In this document: positions 1-9,670 of the stretch, piece by piece | How positions within the stretch are numbered: the first letter of the stretch is position 1 | How the letters are laid out: the number at the start of each line of letters is the position of its first letter | Assembly (NCBI GenBank): GCA_963768855.1 | Contig: CAVYJM010000006.1 | Coordinates: forward strand, 800,001-864,000 | Length of the DNA stretch: 64,000 nt | Source of the DNA: an uncultured Thermoplasmata archaeon | GTDB lineage: Archaea > Thermoplasmatota > Thermoplasmata > RBG-16-68-12 | Direction: 5' to 3' | Translations under genes and position numbers: made by a program | The notes under the pieces: model-generated | Databases searched by the model: none | Seen by the model: the letters and a program-made list of their open reading frames with translations, nothing else | What the model was told of the DNA's origin: nothing

Positions 1-4
1 GGTT

Positions 5-12
5 CCTCCTCC
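5..12 (-). promoter_or_regulatory. Shine-Dalgarno-like GGAGGAGG for a minus-strand gene starting just left of the window
   Basis: cctcctcc at 5-12; a TATA-like gataag (cttatc on minus) lies at 82-87. Confidence 0.45.
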
Positions 13-209
13 CGTCCCGACGTCGCTGGAGCGCTGCTCGCAGGCCCGTCGTCAATCCGTTTTCGGGAAGAGCCGCTCAGGGATAAGCGTTTCGGAGAGC
101 CGAACTTCGTCTTCGATATCGAACGATAGATAAAATCGGCGGCTTGAGAAAAAACGCTATATCCCGGGGACGGCTTCCCCGCGCAGGGCCGGCGTCTAAC
201 ACTCGGCCG

Positions 210-1847
210 ATGACCGATGGAAGCGAGCCTTGGGGAGGAGGACGGGAATTGCAGTCCGGTCAGGCGTACGACGCGATTGTCATCGGCGGAGGGCACAACG
301 GACTCGTAGCGGCGGCGTACCTCGCGCGTGCCGGCAAGAAAGTCCTCGTCCTGGAGCGCCGCCACCTCGTCGGTGGTGCGGCGGTCACGGAGGAGGTCTT
401 CCCCGGATTCAAGTTCACGGTCTGCTCGTACGTTTGCTCCATGTTGCGGCCCGCGGTGATCCGCGAGCTCGAGCTGCCGAGATTCGGCCTGACCGTGATC
501 CCCCAGGAATGCAACTTCATCCCTTCTCGAGACGGCCGGTACCTGTTCTACCGTGGGGACGAGGAGGACACCCACAACGCGGTCCTCGCCTTTTCGAAGC
601 ACGACGCGGAAGCCCTGCCCCGCTACGACGCCCTGATGGTGCGCCTCTGCAAGTTCATCCAGCCGCTCCTCGACATGGCCCCGCCGGATCTCGCCTCGTT
701 CCATCCGAACGAGCTGCGGAAGCTGATGAAGCTCGCCGCGCCCCTCCAGGAGCTGTCCGAGGAGGAGGTCTACGAGTTCGCCCGCGTGATGACGATGAGC
801 GCCGCGGATTACCTCGACGAGTGGTTCGAGGGTGATCTCCTCAAGGCAGCGTTGTGCGCGAGCGGGATCATCGGGACGCTCCTGGGCCCCCGGTCTCCCG
901 GGACGGCCTACGTGCTCCTCCATCACTCCATGGGGGAGATCGACGGAGCGTACCGGTCCTGGGGGTACGTCCGCGGGGGGATGGGCGCGCTGAGTGCGTC
1001 GATCGCGGCGTCCGCAACCCATCTCGGGGCGAACATCCGCACGAACGCGGAGGTGCGTCAGGTCCTCGTCCAGAACGGACGCGCGGTGGGTGTGGAGCTC
1101 GCCACGGGCGAGAGGCTTCATTCGCGGGTCGTCCTCTCGGACTGCGACCCGAAGCGGACCTTCCTGAAGTTCCTGGACCCTCAGACCCTGCCCGAGGACT
1201 TCGTCCGCGGTATCCGGAACTTCAACATCGAAGGGTCCTCCGGGAAGGTCAACATCGCCCTCGACTCGTTCCCCGACTTCAAAGTCCTCCCGGGCTACGG
1301 CCCCCATCTCCAGGGAGACGTGACGATCGGGGACAGCATGGACTACATGGAGAAGGCCTACGAGGACGCGAAGTACGGTGACTTCTCGCACCGCCCTTAC
1401 ATCGACATGTGCATCCCCTCGACCCTCGATCCCACGATCGCGCCTCCGGGCAAGCACGTCATGTCCAACTTCGTCCAGTACGCGCCGTACCATCTCCGGA
1501 AGGGTACCTGGCCCGATCGCCGGGAAGAGTTCGGAGAGACGGTGATCGACACGATCGAGGAGCACGTCCCGAAGATTCGCGAGATCATGGTGGGCAAGCA
1601 GGTCCTGAGCCCCTGGGACCTGGAGCAGGAGTTCGGGCTCACGGGGGGCAACATCTTCCACGGCGAGTTGACGCCGAACCAGCTCCTGTTCTTCCGACCC
1701 GTGCCCGGGTGGGCCCAGTACCGGACGCCGGTCAAGGCGCTCTACCTGTGCGGCTCCGGGGCCCACCCCGGCGGCGGTGTGATGGGCGCGCCGGGACGGA
1801 ACGCCGTGATCGAGGTCCTGAAGGACATGACCCTGAGGCGGGTGTGA
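210..1847 (+). CDS. Phytoene desaturase-family (PYROXD2-like) FAD oxidoreductase, copy 1
   Basis: YDAIVIGGGHNGLVAAAYLA dinucleotide-binding motif and C-terminal LYLCGSGAHPGGGVMG. Start is ATG 210, or TTG 249 behind GGAGGAGG. Confidence 0.85.
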   Translation: MTDGSEPWGGGRELQSGQAYDAIVIGGGHNGLVAAAYLARAGKKVLVLERRHLVGGAAVTEEVFPGFKFTVCSYVCSMLRPAVIRELELPRFGLTVIPQECNFIPSRDGRYLFYRGDEEDTHNAVLAFSKHDAEALPRYDALMVRLCKFIQPLLDMAPPDLASFHPNELRKLMKLAAPLQELSEEEVYEFARVMTMSAADYLDEWFEGDLLKAALCASGIIGTLLGPRSPGTAYVLLHHSMGEIDGAYRSWGYVRGGMGALSASIAASATHLGANIRTNAEVRQVLVQNGRAVGVELATGERLHSRVVLSDCDPKRTFLKFLDPQTLPEDFVRGIRNFNIEGSSGKVNIALDSFPDFKVLPGYGPHLQGDVTIGDSMDYMEKAYEDAKYGDFSHRPYIDMCIPSTLDPTIAPPGKHVMSNFVQYAPYHLRKGTWPDRREEFGETVIDTIEEHVPKIREIMVGKQVLSPWDLEQEFGLTGGNIFHGELTPNQLLFFRPVPGWAQYRTPVKALYLCGSGAHPGGGVMGAPGRNAVIEVLKDMTLRRV

Positions 1848-1849
1848 CG

Positions 1850-3436
1850 ATGCAGGCCGCCTACGATGTCGTCGTGATCGGTGGGGGCCACAACGGCCTG
1901 GTCGCGGCGTCCTACCTCGCCCGCGCGGGTCGACGCGTGCTCGTCCTCGAGCAGCGAGCCTCCGTCGGCGGCGCGGTCACCACGGAAGAGATCCGCCCCG
2001 GGTTCCGGGCGCCGACCGGCGCGGCCGTGTGCGGCCTCTTCCGTCACGAGATCATCGATGACCTCGAGCTGATCCGCCACGGGCTTGCGTTCGTCCCGTT
2101 CGACCCCGCCTCCGTCGTGCTCGGGGAGGGAGGGAGGGCGCTGCCCCTCTGGCATGACATACGCAGGGCCCAGCTCGAGATTGCCAAATTCTCCCCCGCA
2201 GACGCGGCCGCCTATCCTCGGTTCCGCGCCCTGATGGCCCAAGTGGCCCGCGTGCTCGATCCGTTGATGCTGTCGATCCCGCTCAGCATCGCGGACCCAA
2301 CCATCGCGGACGGGTGGTTCCTGCTCGGCCGCGCCTTGAGGCTCCGCCGCCTCGGACGCGACACGATGTACGAGTTCCTGAGGATGCCGCCGATGTCCCT
2401 CCACGACTACCTCGGGGAATGGTTCGAGGACGAGACGCTCAAGGCCGGTCTCTCCGTCGACTCCCTCTTCGGGATGTTCCGGGGCCCTTGGTCTCCGGGC
2501 ACCGCGTTCGGGTTGATCCACCACTTCCTCGTGGATGCGAACGGCGGGAGGTGGGCCTTCATCCGAGGCGGGAGCGCGACCCTGTCGAACGCGCTGGCCT
2601 CCGCGGCCCAGGCCCACGGCGTCACGATTCGCACGAACGCGGAGGTCCGGCACATCCTCAGCCCGGACGGCCGCGCGACGGGCGTGGAGCTGGCAAACGG
2701 CGAGACGGTCCTCGCGCGGGCGGTCGTCTCCACCGCCGATCCGAAGAAGACCTTCCTGGCCCTGGCCGACCCGCTCATCCTGGGGGCCGATTTCCAGATC
2801 CGCGTGAAGAACTACAACTCGGAGGGCTGCGTCTCGAAGGTGAACATCGCCTTGGACGCGGCGCCCCGGATGCCCGCGGTGGGCGACGGTCTGGTGCCTC
2901 ACTTCCAGATTGCGCCGTCCATGGAGTACATCGAGCATGCGTACGACGACGCGAAGCATGGGGACGTATCCGCGTCTCCCTTCCTCGACGTGGTCGTTCC
3001 CACGGCCGTCGACCCGAGCCTCGCGCCCCCGGGGAAGCACATCCTCTCCATCCTCGTGCAGTACACGCCCTATCATCTGAAGAAGGGGAGCTGGGCGGAC
3101 CGGCGCGGGGATCTCGGCGAACGGGTCCTCGATCTCCTCCAGCCCCACGTGTCGAACGTCCGCTCCGCGCTCGCCGGGATGGAGGTCCTGACGCCGGCGG
3201 ATCTCGAGACGCGCTTCGGCCTGACGGGCGGTCACATCTTCCACGGCGAGATGACGCTCGACCAGCAGTTCGTGCTCCGCCCCGTCCCGGGGTGGGGCCG
3301 GTATCGCACGCCGATCCCCGGACTCTATCTCGCCGGATCGGGAAGCCACCCGGGAGGCGGCGTGACCGGGGCGCCCGGGTACAACGGCGCCCAGGCGGTC
3401 CTCGAGGATTGGGCCTCCATCGTCCGGGGGAGCTGA
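1850..3436 (+). CDS. Phytoene desaturase-family (PYROXD2-like) FAD oxidoreductase, copy 2
   Basis: MQAAYDVVVIGGGHNGLVAA and LYLAGSGSHPGGGVTG; ATG 2 nt after the copy 1 stop. Confidence 0.85.
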   Translation: MQAAYDVVVIGGGHNGLVAASYLARAGRRVLVLEQRASVGGAVTTEEIRPGFRAPTGAAVCGLFRHEIIDDLELIRHGLAFVPFDPASVVLGEGGRALPLWHDIRRAQLEIAKFSPADAAAYPRFRALMAQVARVLDPLMLSIPLSIADPTIADGWFLLGRALRLRRLGRDTMYEFLRMPPMSLHDYLGEWFEDETLKAGLSVDSLFGMFRGPWSPGTAFGLIHHFLVDANGGRWAFIRGGSATLSNALASAAQAHGVTIRTNAEVRHILSPDGRATGVELANGETVLARAVVSTADPKKTFLALADPLILGADFQIRVKNYNSEGCVSKVNIALDAAPRMPAVGDGLVPHFQIAPSMEYIEHAYDDAKHGDVSASPFLDVVVPTAVDPSLAPPGKHILSILVQYTPYHLKKGSWADRRGDLGERVLDLLQPHVSNVRSALAGMEVLTPADLETRFGLTGGHIFHGEMTLDQQFVLRPVPGWGRYRTPIPGLYLAGSGSHPGGGVTGAPGYNGAQAVLEDWASIVRGS

Positions 3437-3438
3437 AC

Positions 3439-4584
3439 CTACTTGGGCCGCTCGATGATTGTCGCGAGGCCCATGCCGAACCCGATGCAGAGCACGGCCA
3501 GGCCGTAGTGGAGATCCTGCCGCTCCATCTCGTGGAGCATTGTCGTGATCAGGCGAGCACCGCTCATCCCGAGCGGGTGTCCGAGGGCGATTGCACCGCC
3601 GTTTACGTTGAGCTTCGCGGCGTCGAAGCCGATCTCGTTCCGGGTGGCGAGGGGCACGCTCGCGAATGCCTCGTTCACCTCCCAGATATCGATGTCGTCT
3701 ACCGTGAGTTCCGCCTTCGCGAGGGCCTTTCGCGCGGCCGGAATCGGCGCGTCGAGCATGATCGTCGGGCTCGTACCCGCGACACCTGTGGCCACGAACC
3801 GCGCGCGGGGCTCGAGCTTGAGCTCCTTCGCCTTCTCCGGGTTCGTGACCAGGATGGCGCACGCGCCGTCGTTAATGCCGCTGGAGTTGGCGGCCGTGAT
3901 GCGACCGTCCTCCTTGAATGCGGGAGGGAGGGACTTGATCTTCTCGAGGGTCGTGTTCCGCCGAGGGTGTTCGTCCGTGTCGAACATTCGCTTGTTCCCG
4001 CTCTCGTCGACCACGGGTACGGGCACGATCTCACGCTTGAAGCGGCCCTCGTCGATCGCGCGGATAGCCTTCATATGCGAGTGGTAGGAGAACTCGTCCA
4101 TCTGGTCGCGCGTGATGTGGTACTTGTCCGCGACGAGGTCAGCGGAGATACCCTGCATGACGATGTCGTACTTGTCGAGGAGCTGCTGACTGAGTTCGCC
4201 CATGTCGGAGCCCAAGGGGACGCGGGACATGGATTCCACACCGCCGCCGATGACGATGTCGTTCTGTCCAGTCATGACCTCCATGCAGGCGTCGTTGAAG
4301 GCCTGCAGTCCGGAGGCGCACATCCGGTTCACGCTGTTGCCCGGGACCGTGTCCGGGAAGCCGGCGATGAGCGGCGCTAGGCGCCCGATGTTTCCACCCT
4401 GGTCGGCGACCTGGGTCACGCAACCCAGGGTGACGTCCTCGATGAGCTTGGGCTCGATCCCCGCGCGGTCTACGACTTCCCGCAGGACATAAGCGGCGAG
4501 GTCGTCGGGCCGCCAGTCTTTCAGGGATCCCCCTCGCTTGCCGATCGCTGTACGGACCGCGCCCACAATCACTGCGTCAGGCAT
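3439..4584 (-). CDS. Acetyl-CoA C-acyltransferase (classical thiolase)
   Basis: VGAVRTAIGK start; intact NRMCASG, NEAFA, GHPLG and CIGFG catalytic motifs. Confidence 0.9.
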   Translation of the reverse strand: MPDAVIVGAVRTAIGKRGGSLKDWRPDDLAAYVLREVVDRAGIEPKLIEDVTLGCVTQVADQGGNIGRLAPLIAGFPDTVPGNSVNRMCASGLQAFNDACMEVMTGQNDIVIGGGVESMSRVPLGSDMGELSQQLLDKYDIVMQGISADLVADKYHITRDQMDEFSYHSHMKAIRAIDEGRFKREIVPVPVVDESGNKRMFDTDEHPRRNTTLEKIKSLPPAFKEDGRITAANSSGINDGACAILVTNPEKAKELKLEPRARFVATGVAGTSPTIMLDAPIPAARKALAKAELTVDDIDIWEVNEAFASVPLATRNEIGFDAAKLNVNGGAIALGHPLGMSGARLITTMLHEMERQDLHYGLAVLCIGFGMGLATIIERPK

Positions 4585-4682
4585 CGACTTCCCTGGGTAT
4601 CTCGATGGGCCGGGCGAGATAAGAAGGTTCGCCAGACCCCCGCGGGGAAGGTTCAAGTCTCGCGGTCGGATTCAGCGGCGAG

Positions 4683-5867
4683 ATGCCCGCGCCCCTCGAA
4701 GGTCTCCTCATCCTGGACTTCACCCGCCTCCTTCCCGGCCCGTTCGCGACGCAGCTCCTGTGCAACCTCGGAGCTGACGTGATCAAGATCGAGGACCCCA
4801 ACCTCGGCGACTACATGCGGACGGTTCCACCCTCCATCCAGGGTATCTCCTACGCCTACCTCATGGTGAACCGCGGGAAGAGATCGCTCTCCATCGACCT
4901 CAAGATGAAGGAGGGCCGGGAGATCCTCTACAAGCTCGTTCCGAAGGCGGACATCGTGATGGAGCAGTTCCGGGCCGGTGTCATGAAGAAGCTGGGCGCT
5001 GATTACGCGACGCTCTCGAAGCTGAACCGGAAGCTCATCTACTGTGCCTTCTCGGGTTACGGGCAGACCGGGCCCGCGAAGGACGTACCCGGGCACGACA
5101 TCACCTTCGACGCCCATGCAGGCATTCTCGGGGTGAGCGGCGACCACCGTGGCCGCCCTGCCATTCCGGGCGTGCCGATGGCCGACCTGGCCAGCGGCTT
5201 CAATGCCGCTATGTCGGTCCTGGTGGCCCTACGGACCCGCGACAAGACCGGAAAGGGCGAGTTCATCGACGTCTCTATCTTCGACACAGCGGTCAGCCTC
5301 ATGGTCCTGAACCTGGCGCGGTTCCTCGCCACCGGAGAGGAACCCGTCGCGGGAGAGACCCTGCTCACAGGCTCGTTCCCCTTCTACAATCTCTATGAGG
5401 CCTCGGATGGCGGTTGGCTCGCGGTGGCCGTCGTTGAACCCAAGTTCTGGCAGAAGATGTGCGAGCTCCTCGGAGCGCCCGAACTGAAAGAGGCGCAATT
5501 CGCCGATGAGCGGGAGAAGACGCGGGTCCTGACGACCCTGCGATCTCGGTTCCGCTCGAAGACGAGAGCAGAGTGGGAGGCCCTGTTCACGGAGGCGAAC
5601 CTGCCCATCGTCGGCGTCAAGACCGTCGCTGAACTCGTGAGGGATCCGCAGGTGAAAGCGCGCGAGCTGCTGCCAGTCGTCGACGTGCCAGGTCTCTGGA
5701 AGATGCCGGTGATCGGGCATCCGGCGAAGCACACGGTTTCCTCGACGCGGAACCCGGCCCGCGCGCCCGCGAAGGGCGAGGACACGGAGGAGATCCTCCG
5801 CTCCCTGGGGTACACGCCGAAGCAGATTGCCTCTCTCGCAAAGAAGGGCGTCATCGCGTTGGGATAG
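4683..5867 (+). CDS. Family III CoA-transferase (CaiB/BaiF)
   Basis: LDFTRLLPGP, ADVIKIEDP, NRGKRSL, GHDITF, and catalytic Asp in PMADLASG. Confidence 0.9.
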   Translation: MPAPLEGLLILDFTRLLPGPFATQLLCNLGADVIKIEDPNLGDYMRTVPPSIQGISYAYLMVNRGKRSLSIDLKMKEGREILYKLVPKADIVMEQFRAGVMKKLGADYATLSKLNRKLIYCAFSGYGQTGPAKDVPGHDITFDAHAGILGVSGDHRGRPAIPGVPMADLASGFNAAMSVLVALRTRDKTGKGEFIDVSIFDTAVSLMVLNLARFLATGEEPVAGETLLTGSFPFYNLYEASDGGWLAVAVVEPKFWQKMCELLGAPELKEAQFADEREKTRVLTTLRSRFRSKTRAEWEALFTEANLPIVGVKTVAELVRDPQVKARELLPVVDVPGLWKMPVIGHPAKHTVSSTRNPARAPAKGEDTEEILRSLGYTPKQIASLAKKGVIALG

Positions 5868-5936
5868 GGAGGAGATTTGCGGCCGCGGTGCGTGTCGCGG
5901 GCACGCGAATCCCCGTGACCTGCGCGAGGCGCCGTT

Positions 5937-7895
5937 TCACTCGCCCTTGAATGCGGGCGGCCGCTTCTCCATGAAGGCTTGGATGCCTTCGTAGACATCG
6001 TCCGTCGACATCACAAGCCCGAACGCCATCGCCTCCATCTCGAGCGCCGCATCGATGGGGATATCGCCGCTGCGGTTCAGCATCACTTTGATGAGGCGCA
6101 TGGCCACCGGGGGTCCCTTCGCGAGCTTCTCGGCGAACGCCTTCGCCTCGGATTCGAACGCTTCGTTGTCCACGGCTTTCGTAACAAGGCCGATTGCCGC
6201 GGCCTCGTCGGCCATGATGCGGTCGCCGATCATTGCGAGTTCCTTCGCCTTCGCGAACCCGACGATGCGGACGAGTCGCTGACTCCCTCCCGCGCCTGGC
6301 ACGAGTCCCCGCGCAACCTCGGTCTGCCCGATCTTGGCCCGTTTCGCCGCAATGCGGAAGTCGCAGGCCAGGGCGAGCTCGAGACCTCCGCCCACCGCGG
6401 AACTATTGAGCGCGGCGAGAGTGGGCTTCGGGAAGTTCGCCACGATGTGGAAGACCTCCTCCGATCGCCGGGAAACCTTCCAGAATTGGTGCGCTTTCGA
6501 CGCGTCACCGAACGCGGTGAGGTCCGCGCCGGCACTGAAGGCGCGATCGCCCGAGCCGGTGAACACGACGCAGCGGACGGCGTCGTCCTTGCCGAGTTCC
6601 GCGAGCGCGCGTTCGACCTCCTCGAACATCTCGGGTGTGAATGTGTTCAGCCGATCCGGGCGGTTCAGCATGATCGTCGCGACCCCGGTCGCGCTGTCCT
6701 TCGTCACGAGGACCGTCTCGAACTTCGCGGGCGCGCCCTGCGCCTCTGCCGCGCGATGCTCGTAGAATCCCTTGCCGGATGCGACGCCGAGCTCACCCCT
6801 CGCGGCCATGTCCTGCAGTAGCTTCGCCGGCTTCGACCGGGGGTGGTTCTGCAACGCCGCGAGCACCTTGTCGATGCCCAAGTCGTCCGCGAGGGCCAGC
6901 GGACCTTTGGGGAACGCCGTCCCGAGGCGCATCGCCTCGTCGATCTCCGCGGGGCTCGCGACGTCCATGGCCACGAGTTCCGCGGCTTCGTTGATGATCG
7001 GCGCCAGGATTCGCATCGGATCGAAGGAGCCCGCCATGTCAGGCGTCAGCTTGGGTCGTCCCTCTTTGTACGAGTAGAAGCCCTCCCCGCTCTTCTTCCC
7101 GAACTTGCGCGCGGCGTACTTCTCCTGGAACGGGGGCGGGACGGGGATGCTCGCCTTCTCCTGGGCCGTGAAGAGCAGGTCGATGCCGACCTGGTCCGCG
7201 AGCTCGAAGGGCCCCATGGGGAAGCCGACGCGGAAGCGCATCGCCGCATCGATTGTCTCGATCGGGATGCCCTCCTTGTAGTGGATCCACGCCGCCTCGT
7301 TCATGTAGGGGGCCAGGACGCGGGTCGTGATGAAGCCGGGAACGTCCTTCCGCACGACGATTGCGGTCTTCCCAAGGGACTTCGCGAGATCGACCGCAGC
7401 TTGCAGGGTCGAGTCCGAGGTCTTCTCCGTTCGGATGACTTCGATCAGCGGCATGAGCATGGGCGGATTGAAGAAGTGCATGCCCACGACCTTCGTGGGT
7501 CGGCGGGTGGCGAAGGCCATGTTCGTGATCGGGATCGCGCTCGTGTTGGACGCGAGGACGGCTTTGTCGGGCGCGACCTCGTCGAGCTCGTGGAAGACTT
7601 TCTTCTTCAGCTCGACGTCCTCGAAGACCGCCTCGATGATGAAGTCGGCGTCCCGACACGCTTCCCCGAGGTCGAGCGTCGTCTGAATCCGGGCGAGCGC
7701 CTCGTCTGCCTGCGGCCGCGTGACCTGCGCCTTCTCGACGAGCTTGTCCAGGGACCATCGGAGCCGCTCCATCCCGCGGTCGAGGTATTCCTGCTTGATG
7801 TCGCGCATCGAGACCGCGTAGCCGTGGAGGGCCAGCAGCTCCGCGATGCCGTGTCCCATCTCGCCCGCACCAATGACGGTAACCTTCTGCGTCAT
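5937..7895 (-). CDS. 3-hydroxyacyl-CoA dehydrogenase / enoyl-CoA hydratase fusion (archaeal domain order)
   Basis: N-terminal GAGEMGHG, ASNTS, GMHFFNP; C-terminal FSAGADL, GGGLELALAC, GQTEV. Confidence 0.9.
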   Translation of the reverse strand: MTQKVTVIGAGEMGHGIAELLALHGYAVSMRDIKQEYLDRGMERLRWSLDKLVEKAQVTRPQADEALARIQTTLDLGEACRDADFIIEAVFEDVELKKKVFHELDEVAPDKAVLASNTSAIPITNMAFATRRPTKVVGMHFFNPPMLMPLIEVIRTEKTSDSTLQAAVDLAKSLGKTAIVVRKDVPGFITTRVLAPYMNEAAWIHYKEGIPIETIDAAMRFRVGFPMGPFELADQVGIDLLFTAQEKASIPVPPPFQEKYAARKFGKKSGEGFYSYKEGRPKLTPDMAGSFDPMRILAPIINEAAELVAMDVASPAEIDEAMRLGTAFPKGPLALADDLGIDKVLAALQNHPRSKPAKLLQDMAARGELGVASGKGFYEHRAAEAQGAPAKFETVLVTKDSATGVATIMLNRPDRLNTFTPEMFEEVERALAELGKDDAVRCVVFTGSGDRAFSAGADLTAFGDASKAHQFWKVSRRSEEVFHIVANFPKPTLAALNSSAVGGGLELALACDFRIAAKRAKIGQTEVARGLVPGAGGSQRLVRIVGFAKAKELAMIGDRIMADEAAAIGLVTKAVDNEAFESEAKAFAEKLAKGPPVAMRLIKVMLNRSGDIPIDAALEMEAMAFGLVMSTDDVYEGIQAFMEKRPPAFKGE

Positions 7896-8004
7896 GTGAC
7901 TCCGCCCCAGGACGCGAAACGACGAAGCGGGATTAAAGGTCTGCCCATCCCCGTCCGCCGTGGCCGCAACCTTCATCCTTCGGGCTTCCCTGCGTCACGC
8001 GTCG

Positions 8005-8283
8005 ATGGTCGACCTCCTCGTGATCGCCCTCGTCTTCATTGCGATCCTCTTCCCCTTCGTCGTCGTCCCGGAGGTCCTGGAGCGATGGGGATACGATCCG
8101 AAGGGACGTTTCGTGCGGCTGGTGGTCTGGGCCACCTTTCTGATCCTGGTCCTCTTGCCCGCCGCGCTGTCGGGCTTCCTCTCCACGGTCACGAGCCCGG
8201 GGGACTGGCTCATCCTGGCCGGAGCCCTGGCAATCGCGATGCTCTGGGAGTATTACCGCCTGCACCCGCGGACGTTCCCGTGA
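8005..8283 (+). CDS. Small three-TM membrane protein of unknown function
   Basis: Three hydrophobic segments; fills the gap between flanking genes. Confidence 0.6.
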   Translation: MVDLLVIALVFIAILFPFVVVPEVLERWGYDPKGRFVRLVVWATFLILVLLPAALSGFLSTVTSPGDWLILAGALAIAMLWEYYRLHPRTFP

Positions 8284-8302
8284 GGAACGCGGGAGCCGAC
8301 CG

Positions 8303-9625
8303 TCAGATGAGCTTCCAGTCCTTCAGGACGTCCTCGAGGTTCGGGTGGCCGATTTCGTCGAGCTCGTACCGCACATGGACGATCGGCTTGTTCGCCTTCA
8401 GGACCCGGCTCAGGTCGATGGGCGTTCCGCTCAGCACGATGTCGCACGGGGTCGCGTCGATCGTCTCTTCAAGCTCCTTGATCTGCTTCTCGCCGTAGCC
8501 CATCGCGGGCAGGACCTTGCGGGAGTTCGCGTACTTCTTGTACGTCTCCTTGATCGAGCCGACCGCGTACGGCACGGCGCTCACGATTTCAGCAGCCCCG
8601 AAACGCTGGGCCGCGATGTAGGCTGCGCCGTACTCCATGCCGCCATGGGTGAGCGTGGGCCCGTCCTCGATCGCCAGGACCTTCTTCCCGCGGATCTCCA
8701 CGCCGTCGTCCGGGGTGATCGGCGACGCCGCCTCGACGACGACCGCGTCGGGGTTCAGGATGCGCACGTTCTGCTTGACCGTCTCGATGTTCTCCGGCTT
8801 CGCGGTGTCCACCTTGTTGATGATGACGACGTCCGCCATGCGGATGTTCGTCTCGCCCGGATAGTAGCTCATCTCGTGCCCGGGCCGATGGGGGTCCGCG
8901 ACGACGAGGAGGAGATCGGGCTTGTAGAACGACGTGTCGTTGTTTCCGCCGTCCCAGAGGACGATGTCCGCCTCCTTCTCCGCCTGCCGCAGGATCGCCT
9001 CGTAGTCGACGCCTGCGTAGACGACCGTCCCCTTGTCGATGTGGGGCTCGTACTCCTCGCGCTCCTCGATTGTGCACTCCTGCTTGTCCAGGTCCGCGTA
9101 ATTCGCGAAGCGCTGGACGGCCTGCTTGGCCAGGTCGCCGTAGGGCATCGGGTGGCGCACGACCACCACCTTCTTGCCGTGGTCGCGGAGGATTTGGGCG
9201 ACCCGCCGGGTGGTCTGGCTCTTCCCGCTCCCGGTTCGGACCGCGCAGATCGCCACGACGGGGACCTTGGACTTGATCATCGTCGATTCGACGTTGATCA
9301 GCATGAAGTCCGCGCCGTTCGCGTTCGAGAGGGCCGCGCGGTGCCCGATGTACGGATAGTCGACGTCGCTGTAGGCGAACACGACGAGGTTGGCGCTGAA
9401 TTTCTTGATGAGTTGGGGCAGCTCGTCCTCGGGCATGATCGGGATTCCGTTTGGGTACATCTTCCCGGCGAGGACGGCCGGATACTTGCGCCCCGCGATC
9501 CCCGGGATCTGGGTGGCCGTGAAGCAGACCACGCGGTACTCTGGGTTGTTCCGGAAGTACGTGTTGAAATTGTGGAAGTCCCGCCCCGCGGCTCCGAGGA
9601 TGATGACCTTCTTCGGCTCGCCCAT
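8303..9625 (-). CDS. cDPG-synthetase-like P-loop NTPase (arginine synthetase ArcE-like)
   Basis: GAAGRDFHNFN, FTATQIP, P-loop AVRTGSGKSQT, WDGGNND, EDGPTLTHGGM. Confidence 0.8.
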   Translation of the reverse strand: MGEPKKVIILGAAGRDFHNFNTYFRNNPEYRVVCFTATQIPGIAGRKYPAVLAGKMYPNGIPIMPEDELPQLIKKFSANLVVFAYSDVDYPYIGHRAALSNANGADFMLINVESTMIKSKVPVVAICAVRTGSGKSQTTRRVAQILRDHGKKVVVVRHPMPYGDLAKQAVQRFANYADLDKQECTIEEREEYEPHIDKGTVVYAGVDYEAILRQAEKEADIVLWDGGNNDTSFYKPDLLLVVADPHRPGHEMSYYPGETNIRMADVVIINKVDTAKPENIETVKQNVRILNPDAVVVEAASPITPDDGVEIRGKKVLAIEDGPTLTHGGMEYGAAYIAAQRFGAAEIVSAVPYAVGSIKETYKKYANSRKVLPAMGYGEKQIKELEETIDATPCDIVLSGTPIDLSRVLKANKPIVHVRYELDEIGHPNLEDVLKDWKLI

Positions 9626-9670
9626 GGGGGCGGGCAAGCCACCGGGGATATAATCCCTTTTGGACGAAGA

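Noticed and set aside
210-3436. Carotenoid biosynthesis cluster
   Set aside because: No phytoene synthase, cyclase or prenyltransferase nearby; the sequences fit the PYROXD2-like branch better
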